Source: Longimicrobiales bacterium
GTDB taxonomy: Bacteria > Gemmatimonadota > Gemmatimonadetes > Longimicrobiales > Gaopeijiaceae
Assembly (NCBI GenBank): GCA_965248195.1
Contig: CBDFIQ010000001.1
Location: 480,001 to 544,000, forward strand
Direction: 5' to 3'
DNA: 64,000 bases
The notes beneath the pieces are model-generated. The model ran no database searches and was not told where the DNA came from. It saw nothing but the letters and a program-made list of their open reading frames with translations. This document shows, piece by piece, positions 39,481-49,742 of the stretch. Every line of letters begins with the position of its first letter. The stretch's first letter is position 1. The position numbers and the translations under genes were made by a program.

Positions 39481-40321
39481 CGGACGGCTTCGTGCCCTGA
39501 TGGACGAGGAGTTGGGCGACGCGGACGCGGGTGCGCTGCGGCTTCACCTAGAGGATTGTGACGCCTGCAGGGATCGCATGGCCGAGCTGGAGGAACGCTC
39601 CACGCTGGTCGTCCAGGCGCTCCGGCTGCTCGACACGGCCGCACCCTACGCAGGAGCGCGCGACGCGGTGCTCGAACGCATCGGGTCGTTGCCTGGTGAG
39701 GCGCGGGTCGGCCCGACCCGACCCGTGGCTTCGGTGCAGCGCGCTGGGTCGAAGCGCGGTGCGACGGCGCTCCGCACATCGCTCGCCCGCGCCGCGATTT
39801 TGGTGCTCTTCTTAGGCGTCGGGGTCGTGACGGCGCTGCCGGCTTCACCCGTACGCGGGTGGATCGCCGCCGGCTGGGCGCGGGCCGCTGATCTCTTCGA
39901 CTCCCAGGACGAGGCAGGGACCCCGGTCGGTCCCACCGAAGAGGCCACTCCCTCGACTCCGGACGGAAGCGTCGGGACCCAGAGCGGCACTCCCGCGGGG
40001 GTGCGACTCGACGCCACCCCCGGGGAAATCTCGATCGTGCTACGTGGGATCGGGTCCGGCACCTTGATCGTGGTCCGTTTGGTTCCAGGTGGAGAGGCCG
40101 GCGCCTTCGCCGACGACCCGGCCACCTTCCGCACCGCCGAGGGACGCATCGAGGTGATCGGCGCGGCGGACCGCGTTCTTGTGGATCTCCCTCAGGACGC
40201 TGCCGCCGCATCGATTGAGGTGAACGGCGGTATATACCTCAGAAAGGAAGGCGACCGGATCGACGTGACCGGTCCGATCGAGGCGAGAACGACCGAGGAA
40301 ATCCACCTGAGGGTGCGGTAG
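39464..40321 (+). CDS. Zinc-finger (zf-HC2/ZAS) anti-sigma factor with TM helix
   Basis: HLEDCDAC (HxxxCxxC) followed by a TM segment. Confidence 0.88.
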   Translation: MSHLDDGRLRALMDEELGDADAGALRLHLEDCDACRDRMAELEERSTLVVQALRLLDTAAPYAGARDAVLERIGSLPGEARVGPTRPVASVQRAGSKRGATALRTSLARAAILVLFLGVGVVTALPASPVRGWIAAGWARAADLFDSQDEAGTPVGPTEEATPSTPDGSVGTQSGTPAGVRLDATPGEISIVLRGIGSGTLIVVRLVPGGEAGAFADDPATFRTAEGRIEVIGAADRVLVDLPQDAAAASIEVNGGIYLRKEGDRIDVTGPIEARTTEEIHLRVR

Positions 40322-40365
40322 CGCGCGGCCCGTGGGATTGAGATTGGAGGAGACCTGGTAGACCG

Positions 40366-42693
40366 ATGATGTCCCCGCTGATGCTCACCGCCGCGCTTGT
40401 AGTCATGCAGGTGCCTGCCGGTGGAGCGACCCCTGACGGAGCCGCCCCCAGGGGAGAGTTTCGCGACGACGAGACACCCGCCGGAGTGATCGAGGGGGTC
40501 GTGCGCACCCACGAGGGGACGCACGCTCGCCCCCTCCCCTACGCCATCATCCAGGTCTCGACCCTAGGCAAGCAGCGGGTGACCCTGGCCGACAGCCTAG
40601 GGCGATACCGTATCGAGGAGGTGCCCCAGGGGACGGTGCGTCTGCGGGTCAGCCATGTCGCTCACCGTTCGGCGCGGGTGACCGTGGCGATACCCGACGG
40701 TGGAACCGTCTCCCTCGACATCGATCTCGAATGGAGCCCCCTGGCGCTCCAGCCGATCAGGGTGCTAGCCGATAGGCTGGCCCCACCGAGAAATCCAGCA
40801 CGAACGGACACGCCCCTTCCCACCTTGGAGGTGATGGCTCTTGGAGTGAGCCCGGGACTCGGCGAGACCGGACTCGGCGAGGCGGCCGCGGCTCTGCCCG
40901 GTAACGATCCGGCCGATCCCTCGGACGTCCTGTTCATGCGGGGTTCGACGACCGATCTGAAGCTCGTTCTGCTCGACGGCGCACCCATCTATACGCCGTT
41001 CCACCTCGGGGGTCTTCTCAGCAGTTTCGATGCGTCTGCGCTCGGAGCGGCAGCTCTGCACACGGGGGGCGCTCCAGCTCGCTACGATGGAGGGCTGTCC
41101 TACATCCTCGACCTACGGACTCGCGCGCCCCAGCGTGATCGGCTTCACGTGCGGGGAGGCCTCGACCTCATCAGCGCTAACATCGCGGCCGAAGGACCGA
41201 TCGGGAGAGGTGTAAGTTTCGCTGCCTCCAGCCGAAGCCTGCACGACTACGGGGCCGCGATCTTGGGCGGTGGGCACACCCCATACGGGTACCGGGACGC
41301 TCTGGGTCGCATCGACACTCGGTTGGGTGGGGGTCATTCCCTGAGCGCCACTGCATTCTGGAACCGGGAGTCCGTCCTCCTCAATCTCACGCGAAGTGAC
41401 GCGAGCCCCGGCGCGGCATTTGCAGTCCCCAAGAACGCGACATGGGGGAATCACGCGCTTGTCCTCGCTTACCGCGGGCGTTTGGGCGACATCGCGCTCG
41501 ACGCAACGGCCTCCGCAAGCGGCTACCAGGCCGAGCTTCCGCTGCGGCCGTCTCAAGACGGCCCGACCCCTCCGGCCGATAACGACGGGCTCCTGGCCGG
41601 AGCAGAGACCGGCCGATTGCGTCTGGCCCTCGACGGTTCCGCCCCGCTGGGCCGGTCCCGGCTCCGATTTGGCGCGGTGCTTGACCGGACGGAGACCCTC
41701 TACTCGGCTCGCCCGTTCACGGATGTAGGAACTGGCACCGGCGTCGCACGGGCAGCAGAGGGACTCGCGGCCGGCGTGTACTTGGACGGCGTACGGAACC
41801 TGGCTCCGGGGCTCGACTTGCGAGTCGGCCTACGCGCCGACGCGTTCTCGACCGAAAGAGGTGTCCGTCTCGCACCCAGAGTCGCTTTTTTATGGAGCCT
41901 GAGTGGTGAGGCGCTCCTGACCGTGGCGGCCGGCCGGTACCACCAGTTCTCGCGAGCCTCGGACCAGCAGATCGACTTCACGGTGGCGGGCGGAACGCTC
42001 GCTGCCCCGGCCGGAACGCTCCTCTCGGTCGCCACGGCGGACCATGTGGCCGTGTCGCTGGACCAGGCGCTGACCAGTCGCGTACACCTCGGGATCGAAG
42101 GATTCTGGAAAGGGTTCACCGGCTTAGGAGCGCCCGGGGGTGAAGTTCTGCACAACTCGGGGGTCGACCTCCAAGTGCTCCACGAGAGCGCTCCTGTCAC
42201 GGCGTGGCTCGGATACAACCTGTCCTGGTTCTGGTCCGGAGGAAGTGGGTTCGGCGGAACATCGAATTTCGCCGGCCGGCAACTTCTCAGCGCCGGCTTG
42301 AGAGGATCAGACGACGCGCGGACCGGGGGCGCGGTAACCGTTTCATACAGCGCGGGTCTGCCGTACACGAGCATCCCGTTCGGGAGCAGAGGCAACCAGG
42401 ACGTTACCGCCGCCGAGGCGACCGCGCTTCCGGCCGGGCTCGCTCAAGAGGACCCCGCGTTCTCGGGACGCCCCGATGACGGATTCCTGCGCCTCGACGT
42501 CGAGCTTTTCACCCGTTTCACGGCGCGCATCAGCGGGCACGAGTTCGACGTCCGACCCTACCTCCGCGTGATCAATGCGCTCGACCAGCGCGACGCCCTC
42601 TTCTACTACTTCGAGCCGTGGCGCGACGAAGAGCTCCGCCCGCTCGCACAGCGTAGTCTCCTCCCAGTCCTCGGCGTGGAGTGGCGGTTCTGA
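40366..42693 (+). CDS. TonB-dependent receptor with carboxypeptidase-regulatory-like N-terminal domain
   Basis: Plug motifs RG...LLDGAPI, ARYDG; ends LGVEWRF. Confidence 0.88.
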   Translation: MMSPLMLTAALVVMQVPAGGATPDGAAPRGEFRDDETPAGVIEGVVRTHEGTHARPLPYAIIQVSTLGKQRVTLADSLGRYRIEEVPQGTVRLRVSHVAHRSARVTVAIPDGGTVSLDIDLEWSPLALQPIRVLADRLAPPRNPARTDTPLPTLEVMALGVSPGLGETGLGEAAAALPGNDPADPSDVLFMRGSTTDLKLVLLDGAPIYTPFHLGGLLSSFDASALGAAALHTGGAPARYDGGLSYILDLRTRAPQRDRLHVRGGLDLISANIAAEGPIGRGVSFAASSRSLHDYGAAILGGGHTPYGYRDALGRIDTRLGGGHSLSATAFWNRESVLLNLTRSDASPGAAFAVPKNATWGNHALVLAYRGRLGDIALDATASASGYQAELPLRPSQDGPTPPADNDGLLAGAETGRLRLALDGSAPLGRSRLRFGAVLDRTETLYSARPFTDVGTGTGVARAAEGLAAGVYLDGVRNLAPGLDLRVGLRADAFSTERGVRLAPRVAFLWSLSGEALLTVAAGRYHQFSRASDQQIDFTVAGGTLAAPAGTLLSVATADHVAVSLDQALTSRVHLGIEGFWKGFTGLGAPGGEVLHNSGVDLQVLHESAPVTAWLGYNLSWFWSGGSGFGGTSNFAGRQLLSAGLRGSDDARTGGAVTVSYSAGLPYTSIPFGSRGNQDVTAAEATALPAGLAQEDPAFSGRPDDGFLRLDVELFTRFTARISGHEFDVRPYLRVINALDQRDALFYYFEPWRDEELRPLAQRSLLPVLGVEWRF

Positions 42694-42741
42694 CGTCACG
42701 AATCGCCACCGCAGTCTGACGTCACGAATCGCTGCCGCAGT
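42689..42741. repeat. Two tandem 26-bp repeats containing a TGACGTCA palindrome
   Basis: TCTGACGTCACGAATCGCYRCCGCAG x2. Confidence 0.85.
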
Positions 42742-42811
42742 TCGTTTCTCTAGTGTTCCGATGCCCGAGTTCGCGAGCCCAGCTCCGACTCCCTTCGATT
42801 GGAGAAACGAG

Positions 42812-44314
42812 ATGTCACTCCCCACACCGTCATCGCTCCTCGCCCACTCGGCGCTGCTCACGGCAATCCTGTGTACGGCTGCCCTGTGGACTCTTCCGGC
42901 GCGCTCCGAGGCCCAGGTCATTGCGCTCAAAACCGTCCCGCTCGCAACCGGTGATCAGTTCCTGCTCCTCCCCTCCGAACGTCTCGGGATGGGAGGCGTC
43001 TCCGTCGCGCTCGACGACATGCTGCTCGATCCGTTCGTCAACCCTGCCAAGGGGGCGCTCATCGACGAGTCGGTCCTTCTGGGAACTCCGACATTCTACG
43101 GGATCTCCAACCAAAGCGGCGCCGGCCGGTCTCTCCCGTTTACAGCGCTCTTCCGCTCGGACGGCGGCTTCGGCGCCATTTCGTTTGCTCTTCAGCAGCT
43201 GGTAGCGGGGCAGAGGCGCGACATCTTCTTTGCGACCGACGTGATTTGGCCTGGGCCGGAGCCACGCCTCCGCGTTTTGTCCGCCACCAATCTGTACGTG
43301 AACGGATCGGTCGGCACGGAGCTCGGCGAAAGCGGCTTCTCGGTAGGCGCGGGCGCCTCCTGGGCGGGCCTCGACGCTCTCGACGGGGTGGAGCACCTCT
43401 ACGCCCTGAGCAACGCAATCGAACAATCGGGCCACCAGGCTGATTACCGGGCGGGCCTGTTCTGGGACCGAGGGGATCAGCACTTCGAGGCCGTGCTCGT
43501 CCACAACCGATTCAACATGAAGCACAATGTGTCTTACATCGACTGGCGTTGGGACCCGGAAAGGCAACGAACCATCTTGACCGAGCGAGTCGAAACCAAC
43601 CGCGATCGTACCCGCACGACGGGTCTCCAGTTGGGTTTCTCACGCCCGATCACCGAAAGCGGGTGGAGGGTCGGCGGCACATGGACCGTGAACCGCAAGA
43701 CACATCCCAAGATTCCGAACTACGAGATCATGAACATCCCTCGGGATCCGGGGATATCCTGGGCTTACGACTTCGGAGTCGGCATCGCGAAGTCGAGCGG
43801 GCCCGCCACCTTCGGAATCGACGTGGTCGTCGAACCGATCTGGAGCGACACATGGGTGGAAGCCGCGGTGGATACGGTCGGTGTCAACGAGCAGGTGGTC
43901 CGCAAGGGAGACAAGACCGTGGAGAATGACTTCTTTTTTACCAACGTGCAGATGCGTCTCGGGCTCGCATATGAGCTCGAGCATGCATCGTTCCAGGCGG
44001 GCGTAGAGGTGCGCTCCTACGCCTACAGCTTAAAACAACGTGATCACATTCAGGATACGAAGCGCGATCAGGAGGAAAGCTGGATGGAGTGGTCGCCGAG
44101 CTTCGGCGCCAAGGCCAAGTTCTCCGAGTTCGAGATCGGCTACCAGGGGCGGCTGACCACGGGGTCCGGCCGGCCGGGCGTACAGTGGACGGGGGAGCGA
44201 GCGGACGCCGTACTGATGGCAGCCGACTTCATCATCGCACCCAGCGGCCCGTTGACGCTACAGGACGCTCTCGTGGTCACCCATCGCCTGACCGTCTCGG
44301 TGCCGATCCGGTGA
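42812..44314 (+). CDS. Secreted, probable outer-membrane beta-barrel protein
   Basis: Signal peptide, GMGG motif, amphipathic strands; GGAG RBS. Confidence 0.75.
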   Translation: MSLPTPSSLLAHSALLTAILCTAALWTLPARSEAQVIALKTVPLATGDQFLLLPSERLGMGGVSVALDDMLLDPFVNPAKGALIDESVLLGTPTFYGISNQSGAGRSLPFTALFRSDGGFGAISFALQQLVAGQRRDIFFATDVIWPGPEPRLRVLSATNLYVNGSVGTELGESGFSVGAGASWAGLDALDGVEHLYALSNAIEQSGHQADYRAGLFWDRGDQHFEAVLVHNRFNMKHNVSYIDWRWDPERQRTILTERVETNRDRTRTTGLQLGFSRPITESGWRVGGTWTVNRKTHPKIPNYEIMNIPRDPGISWAYDFGVGIAKSSGPATFGIDVVVEPIWSDTWVEAAVDTVGVNEQVVRKGDKTVENDFFFTNVQMRLGLAYELEHASFQAGVEVRSYAYSLKQRDHIQDTKRDQEESWMEWSPSFGAKAKFSEFEIGYQGRLTTGSGRPGVQWTGERADAVLMAADFIIAPSGPLTLQDALVVTHRLTVSVPIR

Positions 44315-44376
44315 AGCGCACGCCGGTTGCTCGAGCACCTCATCTCGAGCATCGACAACCCGACCATGGGTGACCG

Positions 44377-44757
44377 GTGATCTACCTGCTGCTGGCCGAC
44401 GCCGTGGTCATTCTTCACTTCACTTTTATCGTTTTCGTGGTGTTTGGCGCGCTCACGGCATACCGCTGGCCCAAGATGGTCTGGGCTCACGTTCCATGCG
44501 CGCTGTGGGGAGCATGGATCGAAATCACGGGTGGAATTTGTCCCCTGACTCCGTTTGAAGTTCGCTTTCGCGAGATGGGGGGGACGGAGGGATACGCGGG
44601 CGGTTTCATCGAGCACTACCTGGTGCCGATCATCTACCCGTCCGGCCTGACACGGTCCGCCCAGTTGCTCCTGGGAGGCGCGGTGGTCGCCGTCAACGTA
44701 AGCGCTTATGGATTCCTGCTGTGGCGTCGCCGGTCAGCCAAGCCCTTGGAAGGGTGA
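44377..44757 (+). CDS. DUF2784 family membrane protein
   Basis: LADAVVILH, CPLTPFE, GFIEHYL. Confidence 0.9.
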   Translation: MIYLLLADAVVILHFTFIVFVVFGALTAYRWPKMVWAHVPCALWGAWIEITGGICPLTPFEVRFREMGGTEGYAGGFIEHYLVPIIYPSGLTRSAQLLLGGAVVAVNVSAYGFLLWRRRSAKPLEG

Positions 44758-44778
44758 TCGGAAAGGGGGGTGGGCCTG

Positions 44779-46935
44779 CTACCGGCTCCGCAGCTTGAAG
44801 ACGTAAAGCGCGTTTCCGTTCTGGGGATGCCGGATCTCTGGTGACAACGCACGCGGCACACCACGAGGACTTCCGCCGCCCACCCCGGCGCTGATGGCGA
44901 TGTACTGCTCTCCATCCGCCTCGAATGACACCGGAAAGCCTTGGACCGACGTCCCGAGCCTGGTCTGCCATAGAACGTCGCCGTTCCGAACGTCGTAGGC
45001 GCGGAAGTAGCGATCGAGGTCGCCCGCGAACACCAGGCCGCCCCCCGTGCTGAGCGTTGCCGTGAGGAAGGCCGCCCGCTGTTCGACACTCCAGAGCTCT
45101 TCCATGGTATCGATTTCGTAGGCGCCGAGTTTGCCCAGGCGACCGTTGGTTCCGGGCATGACATTAAAACGCCGGGACGCGCTCGTGCCGCCCGAACCGG
45201 GCTCGAGCACCATCGGGCGCCCCTGGATCTCCAGGCAACTCTGTGAGAGCGGAACGATGAGCGCGTTCACTTCGGGGCTATAGGACATCGAGGGCCAGTT
45301 GTGGCCGCCTGCGGTGCTCGGGCACACCGACACCCAGTCGCCGATTCCGGCCGAAGCGATGTCTTCGCGGTAGCGCACAACGCCGGTTCGGGGATCGATG
45401 AAGTCGAAAATGTTCTGGTAGACCGATTCCTTGTGCGCCAAGTACTGTCCGCTCTCCCGGTTCAGCTTCCAGAGGATTCCGTGTTTCCCCATAGCAAAAA
45501 GCAGGCGTTGCCCGTTGCGATCGATCAGGATCTGCTCGAAGGCCTCGTCCAGGTCGAGCGATTCTCCGGGAACGTGCTGGCGGTACCAGACGATGGAGCC
45601 GTCGTCCGGATCGATCGCCAGGGTGGAGTTGGAGTAGAGTGCTGCGTCCTGAACGGTGAGGCCACGGCTCGCGGCCACCCACGGCTTGGCCTGGGCCGTC
45701 CCCCAGTAGATGAGCCCGAGCTCGGGATCGTAGCTGCCGGTGTTCCACACGTCGACACCCCCTCGGAGCTCCAACGGCAGATCACCCCAGGTGTCGCCCC
45801 CGGGCTCTCCCGGACGGGCAACCGTGAAGGTGCGCCACACTTCCTCGCCAGTGACGGCGTCGTGCGCCGTGATAAAGCAACTCTCTTCGAAGAAGCGGGT
45901 GCACCCATTGATGCCGTTCAGTACCTTCCCCTCGACGACGATCGGACCGGCCGCGTTGGTGAAGCCCTGGTGATAGTCGGCGATCTGAGTCTCCCACACC
46001 GTCTCCCCCGTGCGGGCGTTCAGCGCCACCATGTAGGCGTCCCTGGTCGGGACGAAGATGTTCTCGCCGTAGATCGCCAGGTTGCGGAGTTGACTGAAAC
46101 CACCGCGTGAAAAGTCGTCCGCGAATTCGCGCCTGTACTGCCAGAGCAGAGTGCCGTCGGTCCCGTCGAGGGCCTGAATGACGTTGCCCGGATTGGCGAG
46201 GTAAACGATGCCGTCATGCACCAGGGGCGTCGGCTGGCTGGTCCCGTCGCCCATGGCCCACACCCAGGCGAGGCTCAAATCGTCTACGTTGCTCCGGTCG
46301 ATCTGGTCGAGTGGGCTGTAGCCCTGCGAATCGTAGGTCCGCCGGTAGATGAGCCAATCCCCATCGTCTGGATCGAGGAGCTCCTGCTGCGTAACCGGCT
46401 CGAAGTCGGCGACCTCGTGGAAGGTTTCAGTCACGCCTACGGGACTAGCCCGCCCGCCATCGGCCGCCGCCGCCCGCCTGCCTGCGGCAGCAGCCGCAGA
46501 AACCTCGGCCACGGCCCCAGTGAGCATCGACCCTACGTTCGTTTCGCGATCCGCTTGGACCACCCGGCCGTCCCTCTCCAGACCGTTGGCCGCGAGCAGG
46601 TAGACCGTGATGGCATCGTATTCGGCGCCCCTCAACGAGTTCGGAGCCGTGGGAGGCATCGTGCGAACCGTCGCACGGAATTCGCTCAGCGTGCGCTCTG
46701 TCCAGACCGCACGGAAGTTGGGACCCGCCAACTCGGGCGCCTCGAAGGATCCCAGGAGGTTTACGAGGTGGCAGCCCGCGCACGCCCTCTCATAAGCAAC
46801 CTGGCCAGCGGTGTGCACCTCCTCGGACAGCGAGAGAGGACCTGCGTCCTGAGCGCTCAGTGACGACCCCGGTGAGAGGAGAAGCGGCGCAGCCGCGATC
46901 ACAGCCCAGGAAAAAGACTTCACAAAGTTCTTCAT
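44779..46935 (-). CDS. PQQ-dependent dehydrogenase with N-terminal cytochrome c domain
   Basis: CAGCH; YSPLDQI; PQQ propeller Trp repeats; [10 protein letters not shown]. Confidence 0.92.
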   Translation of the reverse strand: MKNFVKSFSWAVIAAAPLLLSPGSSLSAQDAGPLSLSEEVHTAGQVAYERACAGCHLVNLLGSFEAPELAGPNFRAVWTERTLSEFRATVRTMPPTAPNSLRGAEYDAITVYLLAANGLERDGRVVQADRETNVGSMLTGAVAEVSAAAAAGRRAAAADGGRASPVGVTETFHEVADFEPVTQQELLDPDDGDWLIYRRTYDSQGYSPLDQIDRSNVDDLSLAWVWAMGDGTSQPTPLVHDGIVYLANPGNVIQALDGTDGTLLWQYRREFADDFSRGGFSQLRNLAIYGENIFVPTRDAYMVALNARTGETVWETQIADYHQGFTNAAGPIVVEGKVLNGINGCTRFFEESCFITAHDAVTGEEVWRTFTVARPGEPGGDTWGDLPLELRGGVDVWNTGSYDPELGLIYWGTAQAKPWVAASRGLTVQDAALYSNSTLAIDPDDGSIVWYRQHVPGESLDLDEAFEQILIDRNGQRLLFAMGKHGILWKLNRESGQYLAHKESVYQNIFDFIDPRTGVVRYREDIASAGIGDWVSVCPSTAGGHNWPSMSYSPEVNALIVPLSQSCLEIQGRPMVLEPGSGGTSASRRFNVMPGTNGRLGKLGAYEIDTMEELWSVEQRAAFLTATLSTGGGLVFAGDLDRYFRAYDVRNGDVLWQTRLGTSVQGFPVSFEADGEQYIAISAGVGGGSPRGVPRALSPEIRHPQNGNALYVFKLRSR

Positions 46936-47197
46936 AGGAGTGTGTCCAGTAGGTCGACGGATCCGGTTTTGGGCGGGTGGCGCACGCGCACGGCGGCCCA
47001 GCTCCCCGCACCGGTGCTCGCCTCAGTCTGTGTCCCCTGCGCACGCACCGCAACCGCCTCACCTTCCCTTACAATCGTTGGCTCCAACCGTTGGCCCGTG
47101 AGCGGTGTCTTATTGTCTGAACGCTCGCGTGCGAGTGCCGGGGCCAAGGACCGACACGACGCACGATCCTGCGACGGATCGAGGGGGGTGGTTTTTG

Positions 47198-49654
47198 ATG
47201 GACACGGCAATCCAGGATCTGAAGTTCGTCTTCCGGTCGATGGCCCGGCGTCCCGGGTTCACGGCGGCGGTCCTTCTCACGCTGGGGCTCGGCATCGGTG
47301 CGAATACGGCGATCTTCAGCGTCGTCAACGGCGTGCTGCTCGATCCCCTTCCTTTCGAGGCGGCCGATCGTCTGGTCACGCCGAACGTCATGTCGACCCA
47401 GGGCTTTTACATCTCGACTTCGATCCCGAACTACTACGACTGGAAGGACCAGTCCCGCTCATTCGAGGCGTTCGGAGCGTACAGGGGCACCAACGCGGTA
47501 CTGACCGGCCTGGACCGGCCGGAAGTGGTCCGGGCGAGGCAGGTATCGGGCGATTTTTTTGAGGTGCTTGGTGTCGATGCCGCCTTCGGCCGAACGATCA
47601 CCGCGGAGGAGTCCGAGCCCGGAGCCCCGGCGATCGCGACAATCAGCCACCGCTTTTGGGAGAATCGGTTGGGGGGCGATGCCGACGTATTGGGCCGCAC
47701 TCTGACGTTGAACGACCGACCCTTCGAGATCATTGGCGTGATGCCGGAGGGCTTCGAGTTCCCGTCGCCCACGGATGACGTCTACCTGCCGATGGGCTAC
47801 TTCTCCGAGATGCTCGCGTGGAACATGCGCTCGAGCTCCTCCGGAACTCGAGCCATCGGCCGTCTCCTCCCGGATGTGAGCATCGAACAGGCTCAGACCG
47901 ATCTGTCACGGATCACGCAGGCCATTCGCGAAGGCGAGGATGAGACGGCCGCGGCCCCCGAACTCGTGTCCGTCTCCGACTTCTATGTGGGCGACATGCG
48001 GACGCCGGTGTGGATCTTGATGGGAGCCGTAGGCTTCGTGCTCCTGATCGCGTGCGCCAACGTGGCGAATCTCCTTCTGGCCCGGGGAGAGGGCCGTCAA
48101 CGTGAGCTGGCTGTACGGGCCGCCATGGGGGCGAAGCGCAACCGTGTAATCCGGCAACTCCTCACGGAAAGTCTTGTCCTGGGTCTTCTTGGGGGCGCTC
48201 TGGGCGTGGCGCTGGCCTCGCTGGCCGTAGCGGCCATGGTCCGGTCGCTGCCGGATACCTTTCCCTCGCTTCTCACGAGCCGGATCGCGATCGACCCCAC
48301 GGTGCTCGGCTTCACGTTCGCGTTAGCCCTCGTGACCGGCCTCATCTTCGGGTTCGTCCCCGCGTGGCGGTCGTCGAGTCCGAATCTCGTCTCGACGCTC
48401 AAGGAGGGGGGACGCGGCGGGTCGTCCAAGGGCGGGCAAAGCATGCGCTCGGCGCTGGTGGTGGCCGAAGTAGCCCTCTCTCTCCTGCTCCTCACCGGAG
48501 CCGGCCTCCTGATCAAGAGCCTGGACCAGCTCCGCCAGGTGGACAAGGGCTTCGACGAGACCAACGTCCTCACCCTGAGCGTGCCGCTCTCCGAAGCGAA
48601 GTACACGGAGGAGGGTGTGTGGCAGTCCTTCCAGGAAGAGCTTCTGCGGCGCGTAAAGGCGCTTCCAGGAGTCGAATTCGCGGCTACGAGCAACATTCTT
48701 CCGCTCGGAAGAAACGGTTGGGAGACATCGATCTCACCCGAAGGTGTGGACCCCCGCGACCAAGATAACCGGAACTCCGTGCTCAACATGATCGTCCACA
48801 CAGATTACTTCGATGCCATGAGCATCCCGATCATCAGGGGCCGCGGCTTCACGCTGGCCGATAACGCATCGAGTTCGCCGGTCGCCGTCGTCGATGAAAC
48901 GTTGGCCGAGAGCTACTGGCCAGGCGAGGATCCAATCGGGAAGCGGATCACGATGGAGTGGGACCGAAACGACCAGCCCGGCCTGTCGAAGGATGATGTT
49001 CCGGTGTACCGGACGGTGGTCGGCGTCGCCAAGCACGTCCGTCACTACGAGTTACAGGAGCCTTCACGCATCGAGATCTATCGGCCCACGCTTCAAGCCA
49101 ACGATACTTGGGGCTTCTCCCCGTTTCTCATCGTGAAGACGGCCACCGACCCGGTTCCTCTCGTGCAGGCCGTTAGGGACGAAATTACGGCGATGGACGG
49201 CGACCAACCCGTGTTGCTGGTCCGGACGATGAGTGACGTGGTCGAATCTCAGGTCGCCACCTTCTCCGCGATGCGCGGACTCCTGGTCATTTTCGGAGCG
49301 TTGGCGCTCGCGCTGGCTGCAATCGGCATTTACGGCGTCATGTCTTACTCCGTGGCCCAGAGAGTACGCGAGATCGGCATCCGCATCGCGCTGGGCGCCC
49401 AAGCGGGACAGGTACGGTGGCTGATGTCGAAGCAGGGCCTGCGGCTCGCGTTGGCCGGGCTCGCTCTCGGGTTGGTCGGCTCTGTGGCGATAACGCGCGC
49501 GCTTCAGAGCCTGCTCTTCGGTGTGGGGGCAGCCGAGCCCGCGACTATGGCCTGGGTATCGGTCATCTTGCTCGCGGTGACGATCCTCGCCACCTACGTT
49601 CCAGCTGCGCGGGCCACACGCGTCGACCCGGGGACCGTCTTGCGCGAGGAGTGA
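47198..49654 (+). CDS. ABC transporter permease (duplicated MacB/FtsX, ADOP-type)
   Basis: LGIGANTAIFSVV, LLIACANVANLLL, REIGIRIALGA, ARATRVDP. Confidence 0.95.
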   Translation: MDTAIQDLKFVFRSMARRPGFTAAVLLTLGLGIGANTAIFSVVNGVLLDPLPFEAADRLVTPNVMSTQGFYISTSIPNYYDWKDQSRSFEAFGAYRGTNAVLTGLDRPEVVRARQVSGDFFEVLGVDAAFGRTITAEESEPGAPAIATISHRFWENRLGGDADVLGRTLTLNDRPFEIIGVMPEGFEFPSPTDDVYLPMGYFSEMLAWNMRSSSSGTRAIGRLLPDVSIEQAQTDLSRITQAIREGEDETAAAPELVSVSDFYVGDMRTPVWILMGAVGFVLLIACANVANLLLARGEGRQRELAVRAAMGAKRNRVIRQLLTESLVLGLLGGALGVALASLAVAAMVRSLPDTFPSLLTSRIAIDPTVLGFTFALALVTGLIFGFVPAWRSSSPNLVSTLKEGGRGGSSKGGQSMRSALVVAEVALSLLLLTGAGLLIKSLDQLRQVDKGFDETNVLTLSVPLSEAKYTEEGVWQSFQEELLRRVKALPGVEFAATSNILPLGRNGWETSISPEGVDPRDQDNRNSVLNMIVHTDYFDAMSIPIIRGRGFTLADNASSSPVAVVDETLAESYWPGEDPIGKRITMEWDRNDQPGLSKDDVPVYRTVVGVAKHVRHYELQEPSRIEIYRPTLQANDTWGFSPFLIVKTATDPVPLVQAVRDEITAMDGDQPVLLVRTMSDVVESQVATFSAMRGLLVIFGALALALAAIGIYGVMSYSVAQRVREIGIRIALGAQAGQVRWLMSKQGLRLALAGLALGLVGSVAITRALQSLLFGVGAAEPATMAWVSVILLAVTILATYVPAARATRVDPGTVLREE

Positions 49655-49742
49655 CCCGACCCTCGCGCGTCGCTCTCAAACACTCTAACCTCCCCGGACG
49701 CCGCCCCGAAGGCTGGACAGCCTTCCAACGCCGCGAGGAGGG

